DNA from: Schmidtea polychroa
Taxonomy: Eukaryota
Assembly (NCBI GenBank): GCA_044892525.1
Contig: CM097886.1
Location: 28,458,001-28,522,000, forward strand
Direction: 5' to 3'
DNA: 64,000 nt
Shown: one piece after another, positions 10,656 through 23,298 of the stretch
How the letters are laid out: each line of letters opens with the position of its first letter
Numbering within the stretch: the stretch's first letter is position 1
The notes under the pieces: model-generated
What the model was told of the DNA's origin: nothing
The model's input: only the letters and a program-made list of their open reading frames with translations
The model's database searches: none
Translations under genes and position numbers: made by a program

Positions 10656-13600
10656 TACTATGTTATGCATTGGGGACTTTCGTTTGTCGTTCTCTGTTTC
10701 ATTATGTTGGTTGTCTTCACTTTGGTCTGAGTTGTCCTCAGTATCCTTCAAGTCTTCGTCGTCATCTTCTGACTCCTTGTCTTCTTTATTATCTCGTTCG
10801 CCTGAGTTCCCATTTATGTTGTTCCTTTCATGGTTCCCGTCGTCTTCCTCATTTTTGTCGTTATGGTCTTTGTCATTTTTTCCACTCCGGCCTTTTCCAA
10901 AAATGTCGTCTTCGACATTTGATGTTTTGATCATTTCTTCGCGTTTATTTAAATGACTATTCTTCAGTGATTCTCTTACTATTGTCACTTTTCTGTTGGA
11001 TGGCCATGGTAATTCTTGTTCACATCTGATTCCTTCGTATTCACCATATTTTGATATCAACTCCGTTGCTCGTTTATATTCAAATCCCATAATTTCAGTA
11101 TCCCGTATGTCTTTGACAAACTGTTTCATTAGCTGCGGCCATCTTTCCCTCAATCTGTTAATATATTTCTTCGCTTGATCGATTGCTTGTTTTACTAAGA
11201 TTATTTGATTTTCCTTCCTTATCTTTTGTTCGGTCTTCTCTATTTCTGGTTCCACTTCATTGTTGAATATCTGTTGGATTTTCCTCAGTATTTCCGTTAC
11301 TGATGTGTTGTCTCTGTTTTTCTTTAAGATTAAGATATTAACTTCGTTTGACCATCCCATCACATCTACTAGATGTATGCTCATTTTAACTTTATAACAA
11401 TTGTCGTATAGCAGTTTATTCTTTTCCTGTACCCAATTATACAGTTCATCCATATTTGTTACTTTTAATTCAGTAATCTGCATCTGAGTTTCGGGGTGTT
11501 GAATACTCACCCGGCATTGATCTGGCTCAACTTCTTTCAATTTTCCTTTATATTTCGTCACCAAATCTTTCCATGTTGCCGTTAATATACCTCCTTCCCA
11601 CTGGTATGCTTCAGTTATCAGTTTTATACATTTTCTGTATGTTGGTTCGTTGATATAGCTTTCATTTCGTTCTCTTTCCGATACCGTGTCGGAAATTTCC
11701 TCAAATATTTCCTCATCGTCATTTTCTATCGGTGATTCCATATCGTCGCTCTCAGCCTCTTCGTTATTTTGAGATGTTCCTTGTTCATTATTTTCATCAC
11801 TTGATTGAAATAATTCACTTCTCAGGCTACTCACCGCACTTTTCTCGTCTTCCTGGTCCGTCTGATCATTCTGTATTTGTCTCAGCATGTTTATATTGGC
11901 TCTGTTACTTGGTTCTTTCTTTTCGAACCACTCATTTTTCCTGAACCAGTTGTCTTTTACTTTTTCTTTTACTTGCTCATCCGTTAAATTTGGTTCTTCT
12001 CTTCTAATTCTATCTTCAATTTTTTGTAGTAATACCCTCTGAATTCGATTCTTTGTAACAATCTCGTTGCTTTTTGGTTCGTGCCCTGTTTCATCTCTTC
12101 TTCTTCGTCTCTTTTCTTTTTCTTCTTTGGTGAACCTTTGTATTATTTTTATTTTATCCTCGCTACTCAGTTCTGTCAATTGCTCCGTCAATTGATGTGA
12201 CCCATTTTCTTTTATCACTTTTGTCTCGTTGATTACGGCCATATCGCTCCCTTCCTTGTTAACACACTGCTCCGCAGTGTGCGGTTCCCCTTTGTTCATT
12301 AATCTCATCATATTTATTCTTCCGGTGTTGGTTTCTCGCTTTTTCCATCTTTTTTGAATTTCTCTGGCTTTTTCGTTTAGTGGTCTCTGCCCTTCGATTC
12401 GTTGCTGATCTTTTTGTTCTCTTGTTGGTCGTTTTTGGATATCCTCTGGTATCCGTTGGATCATCTTTTTCAACTGTCCTATTTCCTGCATGATGTTGAC
12501 TTGTATATTTTGACTTGACTCGTTTGCTCTTGGTTGATTATGCTTTGTCCTCATCGCGCATTCTCTCGCCACATGTCCAAGTTGGTTGCAACTGTAGCAG
12601 GTTCTAGTCCTTCCTCCTCTCATCGACATCATTGGTCCTCGGCATATATTTTCTGTGTGACCCCTTTTACCGCAATTTTGGCACATCCTTGTCTTATAAC
12701 ACTCGTTGCTCCAATGTCCTAGTCGTTGACATATGTTACACTTCCGATTATTGTTCTCGTTGTTCCTGAAATTATTAGTGTAAAATTGAATATTACCTCT
12801 GTTATCTGGATTTGTCGTTTTTGGCGCCTTGAACAACTGTTGCGATTCTGAGATAAATTGATTCATTCCTAGATTTCCATTGTTGGTTTGATTAATTTCG
12901 GTTGTCGTTGTTGGTGTTGTAGCTATTGGTACTGCTGCCATTGCTGCTACTTGTACTGGAGTCAAGTAGTTTTCACATTTATTAGCGATTTTTAATGCTT
13001 CCTCGAGCGTGTCTGGTGCTCGGCACCCCACTGTTGCTCGTATGTCCTTTCTTTTCATACCCTCTACGAATACGGCTATTATCTTGTCTTCCGGAACTGT
13101 TTGATTTGAGTCGAATGCTTCTTTTGCCAGTCGTCTTAATTCACATGCATATGGTGCGTTTGACTCATTGTATTTCTGCTTTCGATGCAGAAAATCCAAC
13201 ATTTTGCGATTTACTTCCCTTTTGCTACCGAATGTTTTTATTAAAAAATTCTTTATTGATTTCCATGTTTTTAGTTTTGTTGCATCACACTTTGCCTCTA
13301 AATATACATCTTGTGCACTTCCTCTTAAATATAATGGTATTCGCTCTCGTACGACTATGTCTGGCCAGTGACATATCGTAATATATACCTCGAATTCTTT
13401 TATAAACGTTTCTACTTCATTAATATTCCCATCGAATGGTTCTCCTCGAAATCTTTCTCTAAATTCTCCAACATTGACGTTGACATGGTTTATCTCGGGT
13501 GTGTATGTCGACTCTGACCCATTCGGGTTGTTCACTTGGTTTCCGTCTAACATTATATCTCGACACAAACTTGTTATGCCTGAACTACTATCTTCCTTGT

Positions 13601-14069
13601 CTGTTGGTTTGATATCAGTTACCGGATATAATTCGTTTCTTTTAATATCGTCGCTGTTTTCACTGTCGTTGGTTAAGCTGTCTGATTCAAATAATGTTTT
13701 CACTGACGCTGGTCTCTTATTGATTCTTCTGTTTCTCTTGGCTCTTTGTCTCCCTGCGTTTCCTAATAAACTAGAGCCTCCTTTGCTCTGCGATCTCGTT
13801 CGATTGGCTTTATTATCAATTTTTCTTGCTTTAATAATCTCTTTTGAATTTCACTGTGTTTCGTTGGCCAACGCTTTAATTTTCCTCTTGGTATTTAATT
13901 TGACTTTGTTTACCTTTCTTCTATCCTCGTTTGATTCTCTTGATTCTTTGCTTGGTTTCTTTTGAATTTTTGATTTCTCTTTATTACTCTTGAATTCTTG
14001 GCTTCTATTGATTTCCTTCTGAATGGTTTGCTTTATTCTAAAATAATTAACACTCCTAGTACATATCAT
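10620..14069 (-). CDS. Gag-like protein with three CCHC zinc knuckles and a long charged C-terminal extension (one in-frame TGA at 13851-13853)
   Basis: Capsid-like PFDGNINEVETFIKEFE...LYLRGSAQDVY; knuckles CNICQRLGHWSNEC, CQNCGKRGHTENIC, CYSCNQLGHVAREC. The 72 aa ORF 13851-14069 is in the same frame. No protease D(T/S)G, RT or IN motif seen. Confidence 0.88.
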
Positions 14070-14554
14070 AATATTTTATTCATTTTATCCTACCCTTCAT
14101 TTATTTCCTTATTTCCCTTATTTTATACTACTCTTTACTCATTATTTCTCTCGTTGTTCCTTTTCTAATTCATGGTACGCTTTTACTTTTTGTTACTCAC
14201 CCCCTTTGAATTTAAGTCCATTTTTAATTATCTATAACTCGTATGAATTATCTATATCGTCGTATCAATTATCTATCATATAATCACAACATCAATTATA
14301 TAATTGAAAATATATATCATTAGTCATATACATATAAAACTCATCAGTAACTTAATTAATGTCTCCTCATTCGCTTTTCCCCATTCAAAAATTTGGTTTC
14401 AGTTTCTCTTGCGCCAGCGCTCTATCATAATTTTCCTTTACTCATTACATCTTTGTCGCACTTAATCTATTCAATTTAATCAATTTCATCTTAATCGTTT
14501 GTTTATAGTTAATCATCGATGCTTTGGTTCGCGCGATCTCTGCGTCTACATTTA

Positions 14555-15065
14555 TTTACCATCGGCTCCCTGGCCGGTTTAATCAACTCTCTTATTTCAT
14601 TTAAATCATTTCACTCAATTACCATCGGCTCTCTGGCCGGTTTAATCAACTCATTTTAATCCCATGAAGTCTTTTACGACTCCTCGACGCCTGGGCTTTT
14701 ACACCGTTACGCCATATAATCCATTATTACCCATCAACGCTTTGGTTTGTTAGACCTCCACGTCGGCATCGGCTTCCGGCCGGTTTAATCATAATCTGAA
14801 GTCTTTTACGACTCCTCGACGCCTGGGCTTTTACACCATTACGCCATATTATCCATTATTTCCCATCAACGCTTTGGTTTGTTAGACCTCCACGTCGGCA
14901 TCGGCTTCCGGCCGGTTTAATCATAATCTGAAGTCTTTTACGACTCCTCGACGCCTGGGCTTTTACACCATTACGCCATATTCGCGGTCTTCGGTCCCTG
15001 ACCGGTTTCAAATGCCCTAAATGAGGTTTCTTCAACCCCTCGACGCCTTCGGTTTTTACACCTAC
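14555..15065. repeat. GC-rich tandem repeats in the pre-gag leader (132 bp x ~2.5 plus 62 bp x 2)
   Basis: CCATCAACGCTTTGG at 14731 and 14863; GAAGTCTTTTACGACTCCTCGACGCC three times; CCATCGGCTC...GGCCGGTTTAATC at ~14559 and ~14621. Confidence 0.85.
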
Positions 15066-16386
15066 TATCGTCCCTACCGCGATTAAATTGAGTTGACAGT
15101 TGGCTTTCGGACTAATTAAAAATTTAAGGCTCCTCCTACTCAAATTCCTAATCTGCTGAGGCCTCACAACTGGCTCAATTCTTGGCCGCTTATTGAAAAG
15201 AGTCTAATACCGGTAACTCTAATCTCATCGCCGTTTCACTGGGCCTATCGGTACTCGGTGTGGGCATCCGGGTTTTGTACCGACCCCTGCTAGCAATAAT
15301 CACGAAGAAAAAACATCCTATCTATCAGGATTTAAAAAACACGGAAATACCTAATCGCCTCGATCTTGATTCTCAAAAGTGATGAACCAGATCTCCCGAC
15401 TAGTGAAGATAAAAGGAAATTGGATATGCAGTTGACTTTCGGTCCTCCGCCTCACAACTGGTCCAATCTTGGTTGCCTGTTGAGTACGAGTCCTTTACCG
15501 GTTGACCCGCATCTCACAACCGTTTCACTGGGCTCCTTAATACTCGGTGTAGGTAACTGGGTCTCTCTCGCTCGCTACCCTTCCGGGTTTTTGTATCAAG
15601 TCCCGCTAGCCAATCAAAAAAAAATGCGCCCAATACTCGGTGTGGGTATCCGGGTTTTTGTATTGGGTGATCCAGCATCATCAGTCCCTTGGCTGATAAT
15701 CTCCTGGACACTACAGTCCGGTGGTTAGCCGCTGTACTCGGGTGCCTCATCACTCGCTAGGGAAAAATTCATATCAATGAGTACTCCTCATCCGATTTGA
15801 AGTCCAAAAACGGTTTCTTCAAATCCGCAGCTGCTCTCGGATAATGTTAATTTTTAATCTTTTGGTGCACATTTTCAATTTTTATTTTTATCTTTTTCTT
15901 TTTATTTACCCTTCTAGTTTGTCCTAGTCTCCCAAATTAAAAAAAAATATAATAATCGCGTTGGTTCATTTCCCACAAGTGGTGATCAGTCACTCGACAG
16001 AAACTCCCCAACATTTGCGATGGGCCCAATTATACTCTTCTCATCAAGGTGATCAGGATTTCCCCATCCGGGTAAGCATCGTAGGGACGATATGCTTCTC
16101 ATCCCCTTATGGTCCTGTCTCTCTATGCCAGAAATAATAAAACAAAAACAGGAAAAAAAATGGTAATCGTACTGATCTTATAGATCAGCTCACACTTGAT
16201 GCGATCCCAGCCAGTCCTGTATTTAATTCACGGCTTTCGCCAATTTAATTTGTGTGTTGCTTGTCTATTTATTTAACGGCTTTTGTGTATTTCATATGTC
16301 TATGTTCAACGTATGTTTTATACCTTTCGGTTGCTATTATGGAATTAGTTTTACTAACTTTTTACTAACTCACACTCAGCAGCAAT

Positions 16387-16823
16387 TCATTTCATCATCT
16401 TTAATTTTTCTACATCTCCCTTAGGGATGTATACTACTACTCTTTCTCTCACGTTTGCATCACATACATTACAATGGTTTCAGTTTCAATGCATAATCTT
16501 GGTAATAACATCGATGTCCGCAATGTACCATCATTATTTTTATCTCATTGCTTCTACACACACAACATTTGAACTCATTATCGATCGCCTCTCTTATCGC
16601 ATCTTCAACCGTTTAAATTTTTATCTTTAATTCTTGCCATTTGATGTTAAATTTGGCCTTATCTAAACGTAAATTCTGAATCTGATATACTCTTTGAGTA
16701 GTTAATTCCACATTTGGTGTAGCAATTCTCGTCATTATACACAATTCATCATCAACTGGTCTTGGTTTTAAGATCAGTCCTTCTTGGATGTTTGCCAACT
16801 GCTCTGCTTTTCAATTCAATCAT
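16387..16823 (-). pseudogene. Decayed ORF0: helical segment plus C-terminal IAP-type C3HC4 RING finger
   Basis: Reading through TAA 16613-16615 and one 1-nt frameshift gives CCVCRSNEIKIMMVHCGHRCY[Y]QD[Y]ALKLK/HCNVCDANVRERVVVYIP. The spacing is C-x2-C-x11-C-x-H-x3-C-x2-C-x6-C-x2-C, with two Cys lost by single TGY>TAY changes. Confidence 0.72.
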
Positions 16824-17660
16824 TGTAGTGAGTTGTTAGTTAAATTTACGAATTTTCAAGTTTCTTTATAATGTAGCCGGTTAATTCCATCAAGTTATAC
16901 TTTATTAATTCAGCATTTTATTAAGTGTTCTTATTCCCCTTTAATTAGCTTACCTCTACCCATTTATTTCCTTATTCAAATTAAGTAAGTTCAATAGCTG
17001 TTTTACCCTGTTAGTTTAGGCTCCCAATCCATTAAATGATGTTCCGCGCATTCTTATCCGTTCCCTCTAGTTTATTATCTTAGTCTACGTAACCCTTTTG
17101 ATCCCAGCGTGTCCATAATTTTAGTCATTTGATCAAGTACTCAATATAACCCTTTAATCTTTAACTTATTTTTACATCTTCCCCCTATTTTTAATTAATT
17201 GCATCACCTATCTATTTCTATTTCGCAATTCACTGTTTTATGCTTTATCCCCTTTTTCTATATACCGTTATCTTCTATCCCCCCTTTTCCCTATTTTTGA
17301 GTTTTTTATTATTTTCTTATATATACAAAGTATTAGTTGTTTATATTTACAATTTTTATTATTTTTGATTTTAATTTCATTTCTTACCCATCAACATTCT
17401 ATCCCATCAACACGGAACGCTCATACATTATTCTCATACTCAGTTTTATTGATTTTCTATATTTACATAATTTAAAACATTTTATTCATCATGTACAACA
17501 TTCAACATTCATTTTGATCATACACGCATATTCACACATCATGTCTAGTTATTTGAGAAAACAATCTTTCTTACTCTTGCATAAAGCATTTCATTTCCTG
17601 ATCATAAAAACGCTATGCATTCCCGTCTACTTACAGGTTCTTTACCAAGAAAGTTTATAT

Positions 17661-17678
17661 ATCCCGGCTGAGCCCCCA
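17661..17678 (-). promoter_or_regulatory. Primer-binding site for tRNA-Pro
   Basis: Minus strand TGGGGGCTCAGCCGGGAT matches the canonical tRNA-Pro PBS TGGGGGCTCGTCCGGGAT at 16/18 positions, 8 nt inside the 5' LTR. Confidence 0.85.
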
Positions 17679-18718
17679 AATTTGTATGGTGGGTTACTGA
17701 TGATCAAATATTTTGCTCTTTAGTGCTGTTACCAGCGTAACCCAAGATACAACATTGTTTACCGCTTGATACCCGTTGAATGATCAACGTTGGTACTGTA
17801 TCAAGAGGGTGAGTGCTCGCAAAAAGTGAGCGCACTACTTGCACTGTAATTGTTGAGCACTCTACTGGGTTCACGGACTATCGTTAGAAGATATATGTCC
17901 GATTTACGCAGGTCCCTTATTATAATTACTTTCTCAACTATGCCTATACAAACTTTCTATCCTCAAACGATCATAAGTCATCAGGAATCATACATTAATC
18001 TATTAAAACCTGTTCATACAATACCACATCTAAAATGTTTGAATATAAATTAAGTGAAACATAGCCATAGTTTATTAAACATACCTTAAGAAATTTTTGA
18101 GGATAATGAATTTAATTATAACACAATCAAAAAAAAAACAACTTATATATTAGTGAACATACAAATAAGGGTCAGAAATTTCACCAACCACAACAACAAA
18201 ATATAATAACTTTACAAGAACCATGATTGTTTATGACCGCGTATTATTTGACTAAGCGTATTTCGCGGTGACTATGACTGTCCTAGTTGACCTACAATGA
18301 CACTCCCCTTTGTTGAGCCCGGGTAGTTATAGAGAGATGGTTAGATCAACAATCAAAATCTCACAATACATTTTTGTTAATATTATTTTTTTAATTCAAG
18401 TTAAATAAATTCAAAATACATCAATAACTGTTACAAAACAATTCCCTATATAATTTTAAGAGATACTTCTAGAAAATTCAAATTGACTCAAACTTTATTT
18501 ATTTTTAAAAATTTGTTTTCTATTAATAATAGATTTTTTTTCTAGAATTTTAAGAAAATTTTAATTCAAAATTTATAATAATATTAAATTAATTTTACAA
18601 TACTCGTTACTTACATTTTAAACAAAACTTATACGTCAGTTTGAAGTATTTTAAACTTGTTTTAACTAATTATTTTTTTTTTAACAAACCATTTTTTTTA
18701 TATTAGTAATATTTTGCA

Positions 18719-19387
18719 ATGAAAATTTTATCAGTTTTTCTTTTCTAATCATTGTTTACTATGTAATGTCAGCTACAGTTAATGAAAATAATTGCGAAGG
18801 TATTTGGCACTTATTTTTATTATATTTAAAAATTGTTCAGTTTGTGTTAAGTTTGTGAGACGCCTGAAAGATAGTATAGATGGAGACGAAAGTACAAATA
18901 TCGAAAATATTGAAAATAAATTCAAAAAGATGAGCAAAACAAGTAAGGGAAAAGAATAAAGTCTGGTAAGGTATTATAACTGATTAATATAAAATTGTAA
19001 TTTATTTTTAGTGTTATTATATTGGAGGATTGGTAACATCTACTGCATATATTGTAAAACATTTGTCTCAGCCTTTGAGTTGGGTTATGCCCGCTGAAAA
19101 AGTCTGAAAAACTAAAAGCAATTGATTCACAAATTTGTGAATTAAAATATGGTATGTTCAGTTAAGATTTTAAATATTAATTCAACTATTTTTCAGACAA
19201 ACCTATTGATCTTACTGGTATTAATCTAAACAAAGCTCGCGTTAAAGATCTCAAAAAATATTAGAAAGCTGGGGTGAAGAATGTAAAGGTTGTACAGAAA
19301 AACTGATTTTATCCGATTAATAAACGAAAAATGCCCATTTATGATCTTAAAGCAGCCAAGCAAAGAAATAGATTCAGAATGTTGTAA
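18719..19387 (+). pseudogene. MANF: MANF/ARMET-like pseudogene, second copy inside 5' LTR
   Basis: Same exons, introns and disabling lesions as 2360-3028; differs by GTA/CTA and one G/A. Confidence 0.88.
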
Positions 19388-20127
19388 TTAAATAAAACAT
19401 TAAAATTCCCTTTGATCGAATATATTTGTGAGAAACAATTTGGAATTATTTAATTGTGGAAATCTAAAAGAAATTCTGAAAGATATTTTAATATAAGTTT
19501 TCCATTTTCCAACCCCAGGAAATGTATTTCATCGGGATGGTCCATCAACTGAGCTCGAAGGACTTTTTGGTATGAATATGATTCAAAGAAACAATTATGT
19601 GAATAAATTTGATGATCGAAATCAATAAACTTAGTCTTTGTTTTTCTTTTTCTTCTTTTGATCTAGTTAAAAATAAATTTAGTCTCTTTGATTTAGTTAA
19701 AAATAAATCCAATAATTTTAATAAATTAATAAATGATTCTACTAAATTACTTCAGTAAACTACTCTATCCTCGTTCCATCACCTTAAAGGGGTTGTGACC
19801 ATCACATAACAGGGGTCTTGAGGGGGAAGGTTATCGTATTGTTATAAGGTTGTTTTATAAATCGGTATGTACATACACACATCCACTTATATATACACAT
19901 ACATATACACCCACACATATATACATATATGGATATAATTTAAATTGTTAATATTGATGTCGTTTTCAGGGGGGGTGTTACTAAAAATAGATTTTAGTGA
20001 TTTTCCGTAATTTTATTGGAAGATAGGGTCATTGAAACTAAATTTAGAGATAGGGGAATCCCAAAATCAATAATTTGTTTTATAATTTTATTTTTATGAA
20101 ATAAAGATAATTATTTTAATAATATAA

Positions 20128-20187
20128 TAATAATAATGATAATAGTAATAATAATAGTAAGAGTGGTGATGTTATTGGTAACAATGC

Positions 20188-20241
<54 letters not shown>

Positions 20242-20286
20242 CAATAATAATAATAATAATATTAATAACGGTAATAATAATAATAA
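20128..20286. repeat. (AAT)n microsatellite within LTR (N gap at the equivalent site in the other LTR)
   Basis: Direct reading; explains the poly-Ile ORF 20136-20387. Confidence 0.95.
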
Positions 20287-23200
20287 TGAATGTAAATTTA
20301 TATTTTTATAGGATTACTACATATGGGGGGGGGGGATCATTTACGAAAATTTATGGAATTATTTTTTTGGTTCGAAATATAATTTAACTCTATACGAAGA
20401 TGATACAATTCAGTATACTTAAGGAATAGTTAATGGCTACATGAGTTGAAGGGGGGTCATTTATGAAAATTTTCAATTTATATTTTAAAATATAATATAA
20501 GTTAAATATATATTAAGATAAGTTAATTTAGTATGCTTAGGTAATGGGTAAAGACTGTATAATTTTGAGGGGGGTCATTCATAAAAATTTACAATTTATA
20601 TTTTTAAATATTATATAAGTTAAATGTATATTTAGGTAGTAGTTGATGACGATATGGTTTATTGGGGGGTCTTTGATGAAAAATTTTCAACTATGATTTT
20701 AAAGGTAATCCAAGTTAAGTATATATATTAAATAGTCTAACTGAGTGTATCAGGTAGTGGTTGATGGTTATATGAATTAAGGGGGGTCATTTATCAAAAT
20801 TTTCCAAATTTATATAGTAAAGATAATGTATTAATGTATTTAGACAATAATTAATGGTTAAGTGATCTGAGGAATTATTAAGTTTGATAACTGCACGTAT
20901 ATAAGTTAATTTATTGCTATATATATTGTTCTCGACTAATGTATAGTTTGAGGGGGGTACTCATGAAAAAGGTAAGTTATACTTTTATAAGTTTCAAATA
21001 TACATATATAAGTTAGATTATGAATCTGGACATTTGTTTCGACCATTACGTAACTTGGGGGGGGGTATTTATAAAACATTTACAACTTATTATAGATTAT
21101 ATTTTTATCGCTAACGTAGTTTATATTTTATACTTTTATGACCAAATTAAGATTATAATTTATAGTCTTTCAGCTAATATAAGTTTATAATTTATATTTT
21201 TATGAAATTAAATTTATAGTTTATGTTTTTAAAGCTAATATAATTTTATAATTTATACTTTTGAGTTTATAATTTATATTTTATGAAGTTAAGTTAAATT
21301 TATAGTTTATATTTTAAAGCTAATATAATTTATATTATATTTTATGAAGTCAAATTTATAGTTTATATTTTAGAGCCCATATAATTTTATAATTTATACT
21401 TTTAAGTTTATAATTTATATTTGGTGAAGTTCAATTTATAGTTTATATTTCCAAAGCTAATATAATTTTATAATTTATATTTTTATGAAGTTAAGATTAT
21501 AATTTATACTTTTATAATTAACTTAGAGTTATAATTTATAATTTTTATCGTCAATACAAATTTGTAATTTATAATTTCAAGAAATTAAATTTATAATTTA
21601 TACCTTTATAACTAATCATAATTTATATTTTGAAGAAATTAAATCTATAAGTATAATTCACATTTTTATGAAATTGAGATGATAATTTATACTTTTATGG
21701 GTTTACGATTTGTATTTTTATAGTTAGTTTAGAGTCTATTCAATTTAAAATCCAAGTCTTGCTGATACGCATGTCGAACACCTTTATGAATACTATCACT
21801 ACTAAATCAATCATTTTTAAAAAATCTTTACTTTACACTATTACTAGAAAATTTATTTAAGGCATTTATAAATCTAGATTCGACAAACGCATAGGTAGAG
21901 TTGGTTCTTGATGATATTTAACCGTCTACATTAATTGTGAATTGTAGAGTTGTGATTAATTTAGGTCTGAGATCTACTCTGTTTATTAACCTTAGTGTAT
22001 CGTATTGTGATGATTTTGGATGTAGATTTTAACTATGTAAATTATTCATGCATTGAAAGTCGGGAAGAGTGCTTGCTTACACGGCCCCACTGTGGCCGCT
22101 ACGACAAGCCCTACTGTTGTGTGGAGTCGAATCATATCGCTGTCGACCTTTAATACATAATTATTGCCATAACAGAGGGGTTTTATCGACATAACTCTAT
22201 GGTAGAACCATAAAGTGGCCGACCTCTGATGACCGAACAAAAAGAAACCAATAATATTGATAAGTGCGTGCCAGGCAGTGGCCTGCAATCATTGTGAACT
22301 GTGTACTCATCGATGATAAAGTGCATAGGTGCAGGGTTGGCTGGGATCTCGCTTCAAAATCAATGATAACCGACGATCTCACTCAAACCTACATTTCTAT
22401 AGTTAAAAAGAAATAATGAAAACAAGGTTTCAATAATAATAACTTATAATTCACAATGAAATCGTTCTTACCTACAATCTCAGAAAAATCAAAACCAAAA
22501 ATTTGGCATAAGAGTAAAAATATTCATTTGCATTTTTTTCCTTTCTTCCAAAGTGACGAAATGTGTTAGTTTATATAGCCTCTGTTTGACGTGTAAGTAT
22601 ACATGCGTGCATTGATGCCGTAAAACAAATTCAGATTATTTTAATTCTCGAACATTCGATTTTTAATTTTTATCGATTTTGATGGCGATTTTTCAGTAAG
22701 AATTTTTGTTTTTATTTTTGAAATTTTATTTTCGAATTACTTTTTATTAAATTTGCCTCCATGATGGATTTCAGCATTTCCAGAACATTCCATGCTAAAT
22801 TTAATCTATTTCTTATTTTTAAATTGTTTTTTATGATTTCTTTTCTAAAATATTTATTTTTTAAACTAAAATATTTATTTTTTATAAATTTTATTGGGTC
22901 GTTTGGCGGTCATGATGGATTTCGCCATTTTTATGAATTGTTCTGGATTTTTATTCAAAATATCGATATAATTTTCTTTACGTAAGATTTTATGAAGATT
23001 TTCTTTAATTTTCTTTTTTAATTTTTACTAATCGCCTTTATTCGAATTTGTTTTTTGTTGTTTTATGTCTTTCGGTTATATTTGAGTAAGTTTTCGTGTA
23101 ATACTTCTTGCTCGTGTTTTATTTTATTTTTAATTCAGATGTTTTATTTTTGGGTATATTATCTCTCTATTATCATTGTTTACTTGGTGTTTTATATATT

Positions 23201-23298
23201 TTTATTTAAGTAAACTTAATGCTGGGTATGCGTGTTGTGTACAGACACATTTCGTCCCATTCCTAACTTTGGGTTTAGAAATCAGTTCTAGCCCAACA

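Larger units (their letters stand above)
1329..23298 (-). mobile_element. Giant (~22 kb) non-autonomous LTR retroelement (Ty3/gypsy-like Gag, no pol)
   Basis: Two ~5.6 kb direct repeats with minus-strand ends TGTTGGG...CCCACCA; AAAG duplicated at 1325-1328 and 23299-23302; tRNA-Pro PBS; Gag with three CCHC knuckles. Confidence 0.92.
17687..23298 (-). repeat. 5' LTR (5612 bp)
   Basis: Direct repeat of 1329-6973; TG...CA ends with a 6/7 terminal inverted repeat; adjacent to the PBS. Confidence 0.92.

Noticed and set aside
16227-16242. Second PBS-like motif (minus TGGCGAAAGCCGTGAA)
   Set aside because: I cannot match it to a tRNA 3' end from memory, and no second inner LTR pair was found. It needs a search against the species' tRNAs.
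20136-20387. Poly-Ile and poly-Leu ORFs (also 3779-4051, 28322-28616) and Phe-rich ORFs at 39084-39346
   Set aside because: Translations of (AAT)n microsatellites or T-rich low-complexity DNA.
1329-23298. Repeats as an assembly duplication or plain segmental duplication
   Set aside because: TG..CA ends, TSD, PBS and scattered differences between copies fit a genuine LTR insertion, though long-read confirmation is still desirable.
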